DNA of 64,000 bases from positions 8,494,001 through 8,558,000 of the forward strand of contig CM102283.1 in NCBI GenBank assembly GCA_046563655.1, written 5' to 3'. Below the pieces are notes generated by a model that saw only the letters and a program-made list of their open reading frames with translations, was not told where the DNA came from and did no database searches. Shown piece after piece: positions 52,278 through 64,000 of this stretch. Numbering within the stretch: the stretch's first letter is position 1; every line of letters starts with the position of its first letter. This DNA is from Yuukianura sp. NJ FZ-2021. Its lineage: Eukaryota. Position numbers and translations under genes: made by a program.

Positions 52278-52885
52278 TTAATAGTACAGAATGTCCCAAT
52301 GATTGCTTTCTTTGGCATAAATGTTTCCACTACCGGATTCGTACTGTGGTGCTCCATCCCCAGGTCTGTTTCCAATAAACTTGAAGTTACTTGTGATGTA
52401 ATTGTTGATGCAACTGTTCAAGCCAATGTCGATTTTGTAGCCGTTCCAGTGAGAATACGTTCCAGAAGCATGACCAGTCTAAAAATAGACAAAATAAAAT
52501 AAGTAACTCGGATTTCTTGCAAGCTTTGGTCATCGTTTTGAGCAATTAAATTACTTCAGTTCCTCCAGTAATGGTAATGGAGCAGCCAGATGCAGTTTTT
52601 AGTGTTGTGATTCCACCAGAACCAGTATCAATAGAATTTGTTCGAACTTGATCCAGGGAAGTGCAAGACGGATTGTTACGATCCGAACATCCTCCGGATG
52701 AACTGATTCCGATCCCTACTGCTTGCACTTTAGACAGGGCTTGAGAATGCGTGTATTTTTGGGCACTAAAAGTTGGAAATTAAAAATTAATCAAAACTTG
52801 TCTAGTTAATTAAAGAAGTGCAAAAAAGTTACCTTGCGCAACCCAAAATCACAAGAGCTACAAAAACTGTCGAAAATTTGGCCAT
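52278..52885 (-). CDS. Small secreted protein of microbial type with Hedgehog/DD-peptidase (M15/LAS)-like Zn motifs, copy 1, 3 exons
   Basis: MAKFSTVFVALVILGCAS|AQKYTHSQA...SSSGGCSDRNNPSCTSLDQV...ASGCSITITGGTE|TGHASGTYSHWNGYKID...GDGAPQYESGSGNIYAKESNHWDILYY*. Confidence 0.85.
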
Positions 52886-53675
52886 CGTTTCGCTTCAAGT
52901 GAAGGAAATTATTAACTTCAAAAATGAACTGCAACTAAGTAATTTTTATGCAAACCAAAGTATTTATAAACGTTAATGCCAGAAATTATTCCTATGTTAA
53001 GTGGGTGACAGAGGTGACCCGATAATGTAAAAACATCACACAAGTATTTATTGTCATTTAAATTATAATTGCGCAAAACGAAAACCCGGGCATGTGACTG
53101 GCGTACCCGTGCCAGTTGAAGTGTTGAAGTGCTCAATTTTATTTTTAACTGATGATTTTAATGTCAAATTTCAAGTTCAAAAGTGGATGGCAGCGATGAT
53201 ACGATTGTCTAAAATTCGTTGACGCCACACAAGTACTTCATGTTCTTTTAATTCGTACGGATTAGCCTAATCCAGGCAGGTGGCTTACGTCAATCACTTT
53301 CTAGAAAGTTTCATAAAAATGCTTGTTTTCAAAAAAAAATCGAAAATAAATTTTAGTTCGACATTTTCCCCTTCTCTTCCAATTTCTAATAAAAAAAACG
53401 TATTCATACCATCGAATTATGTTTCCAACTATCAGCAATCTACACAAATTGCACAGTATATACTTACTTACGATTAGTCTCAAATAATCTCAACTTTTTC
53501 AAATTCCATTTTATACGTATAGTGTATTGATTATGAGTGGCAAATTAGAAATGGCGATATTGCAATTTCCAATATGGCCTTTTGCAATTTGCAAAAGATG
53601 CTGTGAAAGATGCTTGAGAGATATAGTTCGACCCTCTCCTGCTCCTCACGGATTAACAAACCCTGTTGAAAAAGC

Positions 53676-53835
53676 GGATTGGATCGGATCGAAATTGGAC
53701 TGCAAAATTAGATGAGGATGAGTTCCAATTAAGTGGTCGCAAATCCGGAGGTGTCTCGTGAAATCCGGATTTCAGATTTATCCGGATTTCCAGCGACAAA
53801 ATCCGAATTTAAAATCCGGAGTGTGACCCCTGGTT
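53676..53835. repeat. Insertion rich in palindromic ATCCGGA(T) units between the duplicated genes
   Basis: Several aaatccgga(t/g) motifs begin right after the repeated block at 53675 and are absent from the other two copies of that block. Confidence 0.5.
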
Positions 53836-54100
53836 GCAATCGTCATTGCCAAATTCCCTATTTGCCATTCCATATTTTATTTTGTCAATTTATCCAGCAC
53901 CTGAGTGAATAGAAGGGATCTGTTTTTGTATTTCTCAACTGCCATTTGTATTGTAGTTTGGCATTTCATAATTGTGAGACTTATCTGTAACAATTAAAAT
54001 ATTGCTCAGGAACAACCTTCGATATATCGATAAACTTCAATTTTTTATTTGAATTAAATCAAAGATTTTTTATTTCAAAGTATTGAATTAAATTTGAGTT

Positions 54101-54705
54101 TTAATAGTAAGTAATGTCCCAATGATCGCTTTCTTTAGCATAAATGTTTCCACTACCAGATTCGTACATTGCTGCACCATCTCCTCTGTATCCAATAAAC
54201 GTGAAGTAAGTTGTGATGTAATTCTCGATACAACTGGTCAAACGAATATCGATTTTGTAACCGTTCCAGTGAGAATACCCTTCTCCAGACCCATGGCCAG
54301 TCTAAAAATAGACAAAAATAAGTAAGTTGGATTACTCGCAAGCGTTGCGCATCGTTTGTAAAATTAACTTACTTCAGTCCCTCCAGTAATGGTAATGGGG
54401 CAGCCCGATGCTGTTTTAAGCATTGTGATTCCACCAGAACCAGTATCAATGGAATTCGTTCGAACTTGATCCAGAGAAGTGCATTCTGGGTTATTACGAT
54501 CCGAACATCCTCCGGACGAAGTGACACTGATTCCTACTGCATTCACTTTAGCCAACGCCTCAGAATGGGTGTATTTTTGGGCACTGCAAGTTAAAAATTA
54601 AAAATTACGCTGCACTTAATTAAAAATTATTTAAAAAATGCAAAAAAGTTACCTTGCGCAGCCCAAAATCACAAGAGCTACAAAAACTGTCAAAAACTTG
54701 GCCAT
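54101..54705 (-). CDS. Small secreted protein of microbial type, copy 2, 3 exons
   Basis: MAKFLTVFVALVILGCAS|AQKYTHSEA...SSGGCSDRNNPECTSLDQV...GCPITITGGTE|TGHGSGEGYSHWNGYKID...GDGAAMYESGSGNIYAKESDHWDITYY*; same intron positions as copy 1. Confidence 0.85.
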
Positions 54706-55307
54706 CGTTTCGAGTTAATGAAATTAATAACTTCAAAAATGAACGGAAACAAAGTAATTTTTGTGCAAACCCATCACATTTATAAACTAACGATAATGTC
54801 AAAAATTAAATTCATATCTTAAGTGGTTGACAGTTTAGGTGACCCGATAAAGTAAAAACATCAGACAAAGTACTTCATTGGTTTTTCAATTATAGCAATA
54901 CAGTACGGGAAACCCAAGGCCGGGAATGTGACTCGCGCACCTCTGCTCTTTTTAAGTGCTGAATTTTAACTGATGATAACTTCAAATGTCAAGTTCAAAA
55001 GTGCATACAGAGATGACATGATTGTGTAAAATTCGTTTACTTTTCCTCAGGGTTGAAACAACCCTGTTGAAAAAGCTTTTTGCACTATGACATACAGAGG
55101 GGAGTGTTAACTTCATTACACTCTATTTGGAAATTTACGGTAACAAAACTGAGACATAGGGGGAAGAATCAACGCATAGAAAATAGAGCAATTGAAATCA
55201 AGACAATCATATTTTTTTTTATTTCATTACCGTGAGAGCACCCCACCTTCATCTTGTGAGACTTGTGGGAGCATGCGTGGAGTTTTTCTTTTTGCGTTGT
55301 GAGTTTT

Positions 55308-57292
55308 TTAGGAAGTTGAGCAAATCTTGGTCAATTGGCAGTTGCAGGGTTGTGCTTGCCCAGTTTGGCATTGACCACATTCCAAGTAGCAGGACAAGCG
55401 ACTGACAGGAGGAAGCGGGATTCTGGACAGAGTGAAGATCGGGTGACTGTTGATTCCAGTTGTGCCGAAATCAAGAGGCTTGAATGCTTCCGAAGCTCGT
55501 TTGGCTGAATCGTAAACTTCTTGTGGAAATCTCCTAAACCAAAAACAAAAAATTGAAAAGCTAACAATGAATTTGATTTTTTCAAATATTTGAATTTTGA
55601 CTAACGTGTAATTCAATTGGTAAGTAGAAACGTCGGTGTCTGGAGCTGTAAAGTCAATCGGTTTTTTCACTTTGCAGATTGGAGGAACCTAAAAAACAGA
55701 AAGTTTGAATTCTAACTGTACTTTACCAACTATTTTTCAAAATTGAAAATTGAATTCAGATTCAATATCTTGAAAATTTTTAACACCTCAATGGCTTGGT
55801 ATCCCATGTATCCTGGAATGGTCCGATCGTATGGAATGCGCAGACGCTCTTCTCTGACCAAACGCAGGTTCTCCGCCGACGGAGTGTCGTGTACCTCAGC
55901 ACATCTCGCAAATCTTCAAAATGAAAATTTGAAAAATAAGGTCCAAAAATTTTACTGAATTTTTTGAAAATTGAAATTTTGAAAACTTACTTGGCTCTGT
56001 GGAGATAGTGGTCCTTGAAGTACGTGTCATACTCGAGACATGGACGATTGTAAATCGTGTCACATCTTCCTGCTACCGTCCGGATTTGCGGACGATCCCA
56101 ACGTTCAAAAACGTCACCCAAATGGTACATTGTACACGGAGCCATTTCTGGTTTATTTCGCATCTGAAACAAAAATTTAAAAATTTTGGCGCCAATTTTA
56201 TTTGAAAACGTTTTTAGTACGTTTTTTGAACTTACGGGATCACCAGGCGGAGACTCCATTGAAGTAGCCGGAAGTTCTCTTTTGGTAATTGGCAAAGCAG
56301 CGCCATCTTTGTTCATTTCACGGTAAGTTGAAGTCCAAATGTACTTTTTGACCAGGTTTTTGACGCATTCTGGCGTTTCGTTACGCCACCAAGACTCGTC
56401 AGCCTTCCAAGGTCGATTGACTTTCTCCGGGGGGAGGGAATCGTATAGCCCCATGCAGTTCGGGTCAACGCGATCTTCAGGCGGAGCCTCTGGAGGCATA
56501 ATTTTTGGCTCTTTTTTCAAATCTTCTGCGTCTACCTTGGCCTTGTACTCGCGAAAATTCGAATCCAGTTTCTAAAAAAACGGAATCCCCCAAAAAATTG
56601 AAAATTTTAGGTGAAAGAAAACAAATTTTTAGTTTTTTGATGTTCCACTTACGTCTTTGTGGAGTGCTTTACTGGCAATGTAGTTGTAGTCTGGATCGCG
56701 GTAATCGATAAAGTACGTTGAGGAATACGTTTTTTGTCTGTCGTTGTCCGGAGTCGGTTCCATTTGTTTGTACATCTCTTTGCAACAACAGAGTTCGTCA
56801 GTAGTTCGTTCATCTTGATACTCTTCGTAGCAATTCGGATCTCCGGTGGCCAAACACCGACACCAAGCTGGTTTAGTGCACTTCACACCTTCACGGAAAA
56901 AGTAAATGCAAAAATGAATTAACTTTTAATTAATTTTTGTTTAAAATTTTGTGTAAGTTTACATTCATCAATGTGTGAATCAGTCGGATGCAGAACGGGC
57001 TCTCGGTTCATCTCTTGCTCCATAGAGCAAAGCGTCTCTCGCGCATTTCGTCGAAGCTGCTCTTCACAAGCTGCTTTCTGCTCCATACAGGTTTCATATC
57101 GAGCAATCTCGGCGGAATCAATGTTTCTAAAAAGTTTTCAAAAAATTTCAAAATTTAAACAGAAGTTTTTGAAATAAGTATAGAAATTCAGAATTTTTGA
57201 CTTTACCGAACCACTCTGACGCAAGCTGGGTTCTGGAACTCGTCCTGATTGGTCGTCACCCAGCGACGACATGATGGCCGATTTTCCATCAT
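55308..57292 (-). CDS. Multi-exon protein resembling axonemal microtubule inner proteins (SPATA48/SPMIP7-like, tentative)
   Basis: Eight spliceable exons; motifs KYIWTSTYREM, SMESPPGDP, ERWDRPQIR, IPGYMGY, STYQLNY. The gene model is solid; the family call is from memory only. Confidence 0.55.
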
Positions 57293-57538
57293 TTTGAAAA
57301 ACTCCAAGGAAGAAATGAGCGCAGCACACAGACAAAAGTAGAAAAAAAAACTTGGCAGCAGTTTTGCACCGAAGCAAAACTGAGAAAAATGCATGACAAC
57401 TTTCCAGACTTGAAAGTTTTATTGATTTCACTGTTAGATCAAAGAGTATCGTTGTCATGGCAACTAAAACTACAGAACTAAAATTAAAAAGTACAGCTTA
57501 TTGTTACATTCGTCGCTAAAAATATCTGCGAAGTTTTG

Positions 57539-59861
57539 TCACTGAACTCTAAGTTTGCTGAATCTGTTAGAAATGAAATCGTCTAGTTGCTCATCAGTTT
57601 CGGATGTTTCGGGCGCCTCTTCCTCTGAATCGTCAGATTCGTCGTCCTCGTATGTCGGAATCCCTTGTCCTACATTTCCTTGAACCAGCGTTTCGCTTCG
57701 TTTTTCCTTCATGTTGTTAACAACTTCAAAAAATCTTTTAAAAATTTCCAAAGCACTGCTAGTACTCCTCGGACCTCCAAAATATACTTCTAGAAAACTG
57801 TCAGTGTTACGCTGATGTTTATCAAAAACTTCTTGCACTACGTTGTAAATAAAGTGAGAATTTAGGTGTTGAAGTTTCGGGAGACGAATTGGTTTTCCGA
57901 GGAGTTTGACTAGCCTCATCGTATGGACCAGGAGAGACTGGAACTGGCAGTAGACGTAGGCATAAGAAATTTCGTATGGTTTTGTCTTCGAAAAGTATGT
58001 GATTTTGTTGAACTTGGCCAAGAAATTGTTCAGGTCGGAGTTCCAGGTTTGTTGTCGAACCAGATCTGTTACGGAAACTCCGTTGTCGTTAATGTCGTCA
58101 ACCGAAGTTTTTTGACTGGATTCAAAACACGGTTTTAAGTAAAGCAGCAAAACCGCGGCGGCCATTGGACGTATGATGCTCCACCCGTTCGTCTAAAAAC
58201 ATAAACCAAATGCATTTTTTGAATAAATTGTTAATAAATGTAAATTGAAATTTTTCCTAAAATTTTCATACCTTTCTGAAAAAGTATATCAAGCACATGA
58301 CAAGGAGCTTGAGAACTGGTGGCCACTGGTTGACAAACGCGATTTCTGATTGGCTCAATCCAAAAAGACTGTAGAGCAGTGTAATCGCCCTGTTTTTGAA
58401 CTTTGGATCTTCGATGGTAGAAATTGGTCCATATTCAGGAAGTTCCGTGATTGACCTCAGCTCTACTTTGACAGCATTCTTCCCTTGTCTCGTAAACAGT
58501 ACAATCGTGGCTGGTCCAAGCAGTATTCCAGCAGTCGTTCTGATAATGTCTAGTGAAACTTCGTGTGTTGTGGGAAGACTTGCCATTTCAACCTGCGGTT
58601 GCAGGAAAATTATTTGGTTGGTGTAAATTTGACGAAGAAAACCCGGGAAAGCGCAATTCGTGTGTAGCTTTAGCGGGAAGCCAGGAGTCGTTTCGTCCTT
58701 TACATTTTCAAGTTCAAAATTTAGCGCCAAATCTTGAACTATTGCATTCCACACTTCTAGTTCACCGTGTTCTCCAGCGTAGTTGTCGAGAACTGACTTG
58801 ACAAGATCCAGTACTTCAGAGCGCTCTTCAGCCTTTACCGTTTTCAGAATGACGGAGAGAACATGGTCATAGTCTTTGTGTTTTCCTAGCCATTGGAATA
58901 TGCATTTGATTCTTTGACTTCTGTCGGTCGCCTTTTCTCTTAGAACGTTTCGAAACGTTCCTGCAGATACGCGGTCGTTTCCCATGATGACTGCTGCGAG
59001 TGGAAGGAATCGAGGGTCAGTAAACTTGAATTCCTCTTTGCAGAGTTTCTGGACTGCTAGTACCTTGGCTGCCAACACATGCACTTTCTTCTGACTCTGT
59101 CCTGGTATTGATTTGTCTTTCTTCAGTTTGGAAGTTCGGAACTCTACAGCGCTGAGTGGAACGTTTTGTACTCCAGGATAAATGTAGAAATCTGAGTCCG
59201 AGCTGAGCAACGGGCATTGCAGTCGTTTGGCTACATAAGCCAAAGTGTCGTCGCATTCGAATTCTGTTTGGTAATGGAAGATGCCTTGTTCTACCAAAAT
59301 TTCCATGAAGACTGTCTGTAAATTAGGCATAGTGTTAGACGAAATAATTTTAAAGGCATGTGTTGCAAAAGTTTACGGCTTACCGACATGGTCACAGGAG
59401 TGTAAGAATTGCCAGGCATGCTGTGATGGACGTTCTTCTTGATGTTGTCTTTGAATCGTTTAAACTTGGTTTTAAACTTTTCGGGCTCCAGAACCCCATC
59501 AAAAATCACGATTGGCGTAATTTGACAGTTTTTCAAGTTCTGGAAGTAATCCCGTACAGTTTTTGAATATAAAATCCAGTCTCCGCCAACAAGGTGTGCA
59601 TTGACCCCAGAAGGATGTAACAAAAGGTAATGCTTGAGATTGTTTCCTAAAAGTTAAGAGTCACAATTACTAATGGTTCGGCTCTCAGCGTCATTAGATA
59701 TTAGATTATGTAGACCTAGGCGATCATTTTACAGAGTTCATTTAAATTCAAAATTTAAAAAATTTACCGTCAATGACAAGAAGCGTATCGCGTAGGAGCA
59801 GCGTTTCATTGTACCTTGCATGGTACTTGTTCAGAAACGTTGACAACCCAGGTATACCCAT
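57539..59861 (-). CDS. ASTE1: Asteroid homolog (XPG/FEN1-like PIN nuclease domain), 4 exons
   Basis: MGIPGLSTFL...LVIDG|NN...GGD...PIVIFDG...ECDDTLA...CPLLSSDSDFYIY...LAAVIMGND. Confidence 0.92.
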
Positions 59862-60561
59862 CGTACTCCAGTAATTAATTGAATTGAACTGTCAACTTGT
59901 AGTAATCGATAATCAATCGTTTTTAGCACATGTACATCAGCTGTTTATAATTTATCACTTCGAAAGGTTTCCCGCCATAATTTGACTGAGACACGTGACA
60001 CGCTTGATTATGGGCAGCGGGACTATGCAAATAAAACGTTTTTATATAATGAATCCGTTGATCAACTGTACTAATTACATACAAATTGCTAATTAATTAA
60101 CGAAATAAAGGTAATTTAATTGAATAAGTCACAATTAAATGTTTAGTTTATCAGAACTCGCATAATGATAATTTATAAGTATTTGCTAGCTAGTGTCCGT
60201 ATATGCGTTACTGCGTGTTTAGATGATTCGGTGTGTAGTGATGTGAGTTTTAGCGTTACCAAAATCACACGCTCATCGAACCGCACGTTCTATATGTAAA
60301 TTTGTTTTGACGTTTGGTTATTTCGGTTTTAGAATTTTTCGAAGAGGTCAAGGTCAAGAAGGCTGTCCAGAACGACTATTCATTCATATTTGAACGTCGG
60401 ACTGTTCCTCTCGTTCTTTTTTTAAGGTAATTGGACAACTGAACTGAACAGTGAATGTAAGTTTGTTAATTTTACGTAATGACTTCTTCATCTTCTTATT
60501 TTTAGGTGTAAGTAAACAAGGAACCAAGCATTTGAATTTGTGGAGGATTTAAAGGAAAACG

Positions 60562-61683
60562 ATGATGGCGCATGCAACTCCAATGAGGAAAAAGAATTTT
60601 CACCAATTGCAGCACAGGATTGGCCTACCGTACCCGAATTATGGAATCGATATTGACGAGCTTCCGGTACTTTGTCGCTGCTACATTGATAATGGGAATT
60701 TCTATGTCACTCATCAACAAGACATTCCAACACTATATCGAAATGTAAACTGATCTAAACGTTTGATTAATCAAGTTGTAGAGTAATCGTCAGATTTATC
60801 CAAATGTTTTGTAATAGGGCGGCTTTGGACACAGCAGCATCACTAACCGAGGCCCAGTCTGTCTTATGGAAACGGCATACGAAAAGCAGTTTTACTACCA
60901 GAAACTTAAGGAGAGGAGGGAGAAGCGAAAACAGGCCTTAGAAGCTAAAAGCTCCGAGGTCAATGGAAGTCTTGGGAAACCAGAAACCAATTGTCCAAAT
61001 ACTTCAAATGGAAATGCGGCAGACGACAGTGACAAATTGGTTTTGTTACCAGAGGAGGCCATATTTCTTTCGTTTGGTGTTGGCTGCCTTTCCATGCACG
61101 ACGTTTCTACGTCAGAAAACGTCAGTCACAATGAAGTTTGGAAAACCCTGGTTCAAAGGAATCCAGAATTTCCGTACCTATATGCAGTCTACCACTACTT
61201 CCGTTCCAAAAATTGGGTACCTAAAGCTGGAGCGCAATTTGGAGGAGACTATAGTAAGAAATTGACAGTCTCCAGAAAATAACATTCAGGATTTTAACTG
61301 TCTTTTTATTTCAGTTTTATATCAGTTGGGTCCCGATTTTTACCACTCGACTTATGTCGTTTACATTGTGGGTCTTCCTTCTCGTCCAAAACTAAACTGG
61401 AGTCAACTCCACGCTCTCGAAAGAGTTGCCCTCACAGCTCACAAGGTAATTCATAATTCATTAATCATTAATCTCAGCTTTTTAGCTTTATCCTTAAAAA
61501 GTATTAGAGAAATTCTACTTTTTGACTTTTATACAGAACGTGCTGCTCTGTGAAGTGGAGATTCCTAAACTTTTTTCAGCCCCCGGTTCAACACCAAGAT
61601 CCATTTTTGATATCCGGATTCGAGAAACTGTGATAAGTCGCTGGACTCCATTTGGTCAACCCCATGCTGAGCAAGAAGACTGA
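60562..61683 (+). CDS. TSEN2: tRNA-splicing endonuclease subunit Sen2, 4 exons
   Basis: LYRN|GGFG, LVLLPEEAIFLSFGVGCL, YAVYHYFRSKNWVPKAGAQFGGDY|ILYQLGPDFYHSTY, TAHK|NVLLC, C-terminal SRWTP; catalytic Y/H/K present. Confidence 0.93.
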
Positions 61684-62051
61684 GGAACAATGCAGTCGTA
61701 AGTTATGCGAATTCAGCTACCTCAGCTCTCAAAATGTTCAGATCGCGTTTTACTTTTTCTAAAAATCTGTACAAAATCAAATTCTATTTTGAAAATAGTA
61801 CGAATATGACACTTTTGTTTTCACTTTTTAGAGGACATGACCTTCTAGACGCCTATTCCTCATAAATTATGTAATTAACGTTTAGGTATAAGTTCAGACA
61901 CGCACAGTCCAGAAATAAATTACATGTTAACTCCCCTGTTAATACTAACCTAGTTTCCCAATTCACACATTTTTACAATTACTAACCTAAAGTCTTTAGA
62001 TATTTTTGTGATTTGTTAAAAAGTGCTTTGATTTGTGATTTTCTTTAAGTT

Positions 62052-64000
62052 CTAGTGAGAAGAGCAGGGCAATTGAGTGTATCGAAGGCAGAATCCGACT
62101 TGTTCCGTTTCTTTCTTGGTGTATTCGTCGTCATCAAAGCATACTCGGATTGTAAATGGTTTCGTGTGACTCTCGACTGGACATGGGGCCTTGGCTTTCT
62201 TGTCCAACGAGCAGAACATTGTCCCGCAGAAACGATTGGCACACGGAACACCTTTCTTCTTACCAGATTGGATCTGAAACGAAAGTTGAATTTTCAAAAT
62301 CAGAAAAACGTTTTTTAAACGTTTGGTCAAGTTTTTCAGAGATCTATTGTTATTTACTTTGTTTCCATCGGTGGTTCCGCATGGTATGAGAACGTGATCA
62401 GCTGATCCAGCTTTTTTCGGATTCAAACAGTCGTGGTCCGTTTGAGCTTTTTCTGGGAAAATTCAAAAACGATTTACGAGATTAGTTTGGATTTTATGAA
62501 ATTTCAATTGAAATTTTGAAATTAAAGCTACTCACTGTCGTCTCTGGAGATACGGAACGTTCCTTTTTCGGGGTCACATTCCTCGTACTTGATTGCGCAG
62601 AAGCCGGCTTCCATGCGGACGCAGATCGTGTACCATTGGTTGGCTAAATGTTGGTTCCAACCATCAAAGTTAAACGATTTAAGAACTCCTGATACACCGT
62701 AGTGGTACTGCAGACATCCATCCGGTGCTCTGTCACAACATCGCACTTGAGTAATCTGAAAACGTTTTAAAAAACGTTGTTAAAACGTCTCAATTTTGGT
62801 CATTTTGAACTAAAACCACAAAATTTTGATTTGAGCGATACCTTGATGTCCCATCCAGGATCTTTGTGGTATCCAGACGTTGTTATGGTCAGAGTGATTG
62901 GACCGTAGTTGTGTCCTCCAAGGTCAATGTACACTAGAGGTCAAGGTCAAGTTTAATTTAGCTACAGATTTATATTGAATACCGCAATTAATTCAAGATC
63001 TTACTGTGCTGTCCAGTATTTTTTCCGCAGATGACTGGTGGACTGTAGGCAGATCCTGTGATGAGGAATGCGTCTTTGTTGCATTGTCCAGAATTTGGAT
63101 CCGGAGGTCCAAGGTCAAAGTGCAAAAAGTCCAACCGAAGTTGACATACGTCGTAGCCCCCTTTGTATACTTGCAGTTGACAGTTCATGACTGGACCACT
63201 GTGTTGAGCATAACCTCTGGCTTCTCGGGGACTCGTGAAGTACGTACAGTTTTCTTTCGTACTCTGACCGCAAGTTCTGGCAACTAAGGTAAAAAAAAGT
63301 TTAGATTTTCATAATTTTTGAAATTTTGAAACTTTAAAATTTTGGAAGTTTGAGCTTACAGACGCAGCAGACTCCAAATCCAGTTGCGCATGCTCCGGAC
63401 GGCGTCCCGCCACGTTCTCGACATTCTCTAGAAGTGTAGCAAACGCCTGCTCGTAGAGCATCTCCTGTCCAACAAGCGTCGTTTGGAAATTTGACGATAG
63501 TGAAGATATTTAAAACTGAAAATCAAAATTCTAAATAAGTAAAATTTCAAAAAAAAAAATAGTAAAGTAAGCCAAGTAATTTTGTTTTCATAATTTGCAG
63601 TTGCGAAACAGGCATGTAACATAGCGGATCATGTTGAATTTGCCCTCGTTTATGAAACACAACACACCGATTTTCCTGTTTGACAACTTTTTTGCAAAGA
63701 AATTTTTCCAAATTACGGGAATTTGCAGAAAAGAGTCCAACCCACACTCCTCCTCAGAAACAGGATTTTCTCGCTTACATCATTTTCCAGGTCAAATCCG
63801 GCCATTCAAACTCAGTTTCAAACTCGTAACTTTTTGTGTCACAAAATTTTTAGTTGTAAAATTCAGATTTTTCAAAATCATTGCAAATTTTGCTCTCTTT
63901 TTTCAGAATCTTTGCTATGAACGTAGCAGAATTTGTGATTTCGTGAAAATTATTCAAGAATAGCTTACGTTTCTCTGCTCTGGAAGTTCCGTTAGATGGA
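62052..64000 (-). CDS. Arthropod secreted CUB-domain protein; 5' end beyond the window
   Basis: IFTIVKFPNDAC...GVCYTSRECRERGGTPSGACATGFGVCCV, VCQLRLDFLHFDL, PVICGKNTGQH, APDGCLQYHYGVSG, QHLANQWYTICVRMEAGFCAIKY, GFCLRYTQLPC. Confidence 0.9.

Larger units (their letters stand above)
51920..55140. repeat. Tandem segmental duplication (about 1.8-kb unit) with a thrice-repeated flanking block
   Basis: cctcaggg...aaccctgttgaaaaagc at about 51981, 53644 and 55045; introns, UTRs and upstream sequence (ggtgacccgataa) of the two gene copies are alignable. Confidence 0.85.

Noticed and set aside
52278-54705. Bacterial or fungal contamination
   Set aside because: Both copies have short GT-AG introns, host-like AT-rich flanks and a TATA box, and are contiguous with arthropod genes.
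61222-61252. TSEN2 GAQFG in place of the usual GLKYG as a sign of inactivation
   Set aside because: The catalytic Tyr, His and Lys are all present; ordinary divergence.

Overview
Eukaryotic, gene-dense, AT-rich window with short (about 50-100 nt) GT-AG introns. It is most likely from a compact-genome hexapod such as a springtail; this is inferred from the OBP, eclosion hormone, Poxn and cuticle-type genes and is not proven. Most ORF-track entries are exon fragments or spurious, so gene models were spliced by eye. About 22 genes: RBBP4/p55, an OBP-like gene, calreticulin, a large heme peroxidase, two eclosion-hormone paralogs, TM2D1, Elongin B, RPB12, Emi1/Rca1, TSSK, a 4-TM orphan, a PRXL2B/SelenoU3 homolog, two cuticle-type genes, Poxn, LHFPL, a duplicated microbial-type secreted protein, a SPATA48-like gene, asteroid, TSEN2 and a CUB protein, plus several MITEs. 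Top finding: the PRXL2B/FAM213B homolog has an in-frame TGA at the first Cys of its redox motif (UxxC) and a canonical type II SECIS downstream, so it is a selenoprotein hidden from the ORF track. Also notable: an intron-bearing tandem pair of probable horizontally acquired Zn-peptidase-fold genes, an Emi1 with a 246-aa spacer splitting its zinc-binding region, alternative C-terminal tails on the peroxidase, a candidate N-extended Elongin B isoform, and a convergent EH pair sharing an overlapping poly(A) signal. Family assignments come from remembered motifs; no database search was run.
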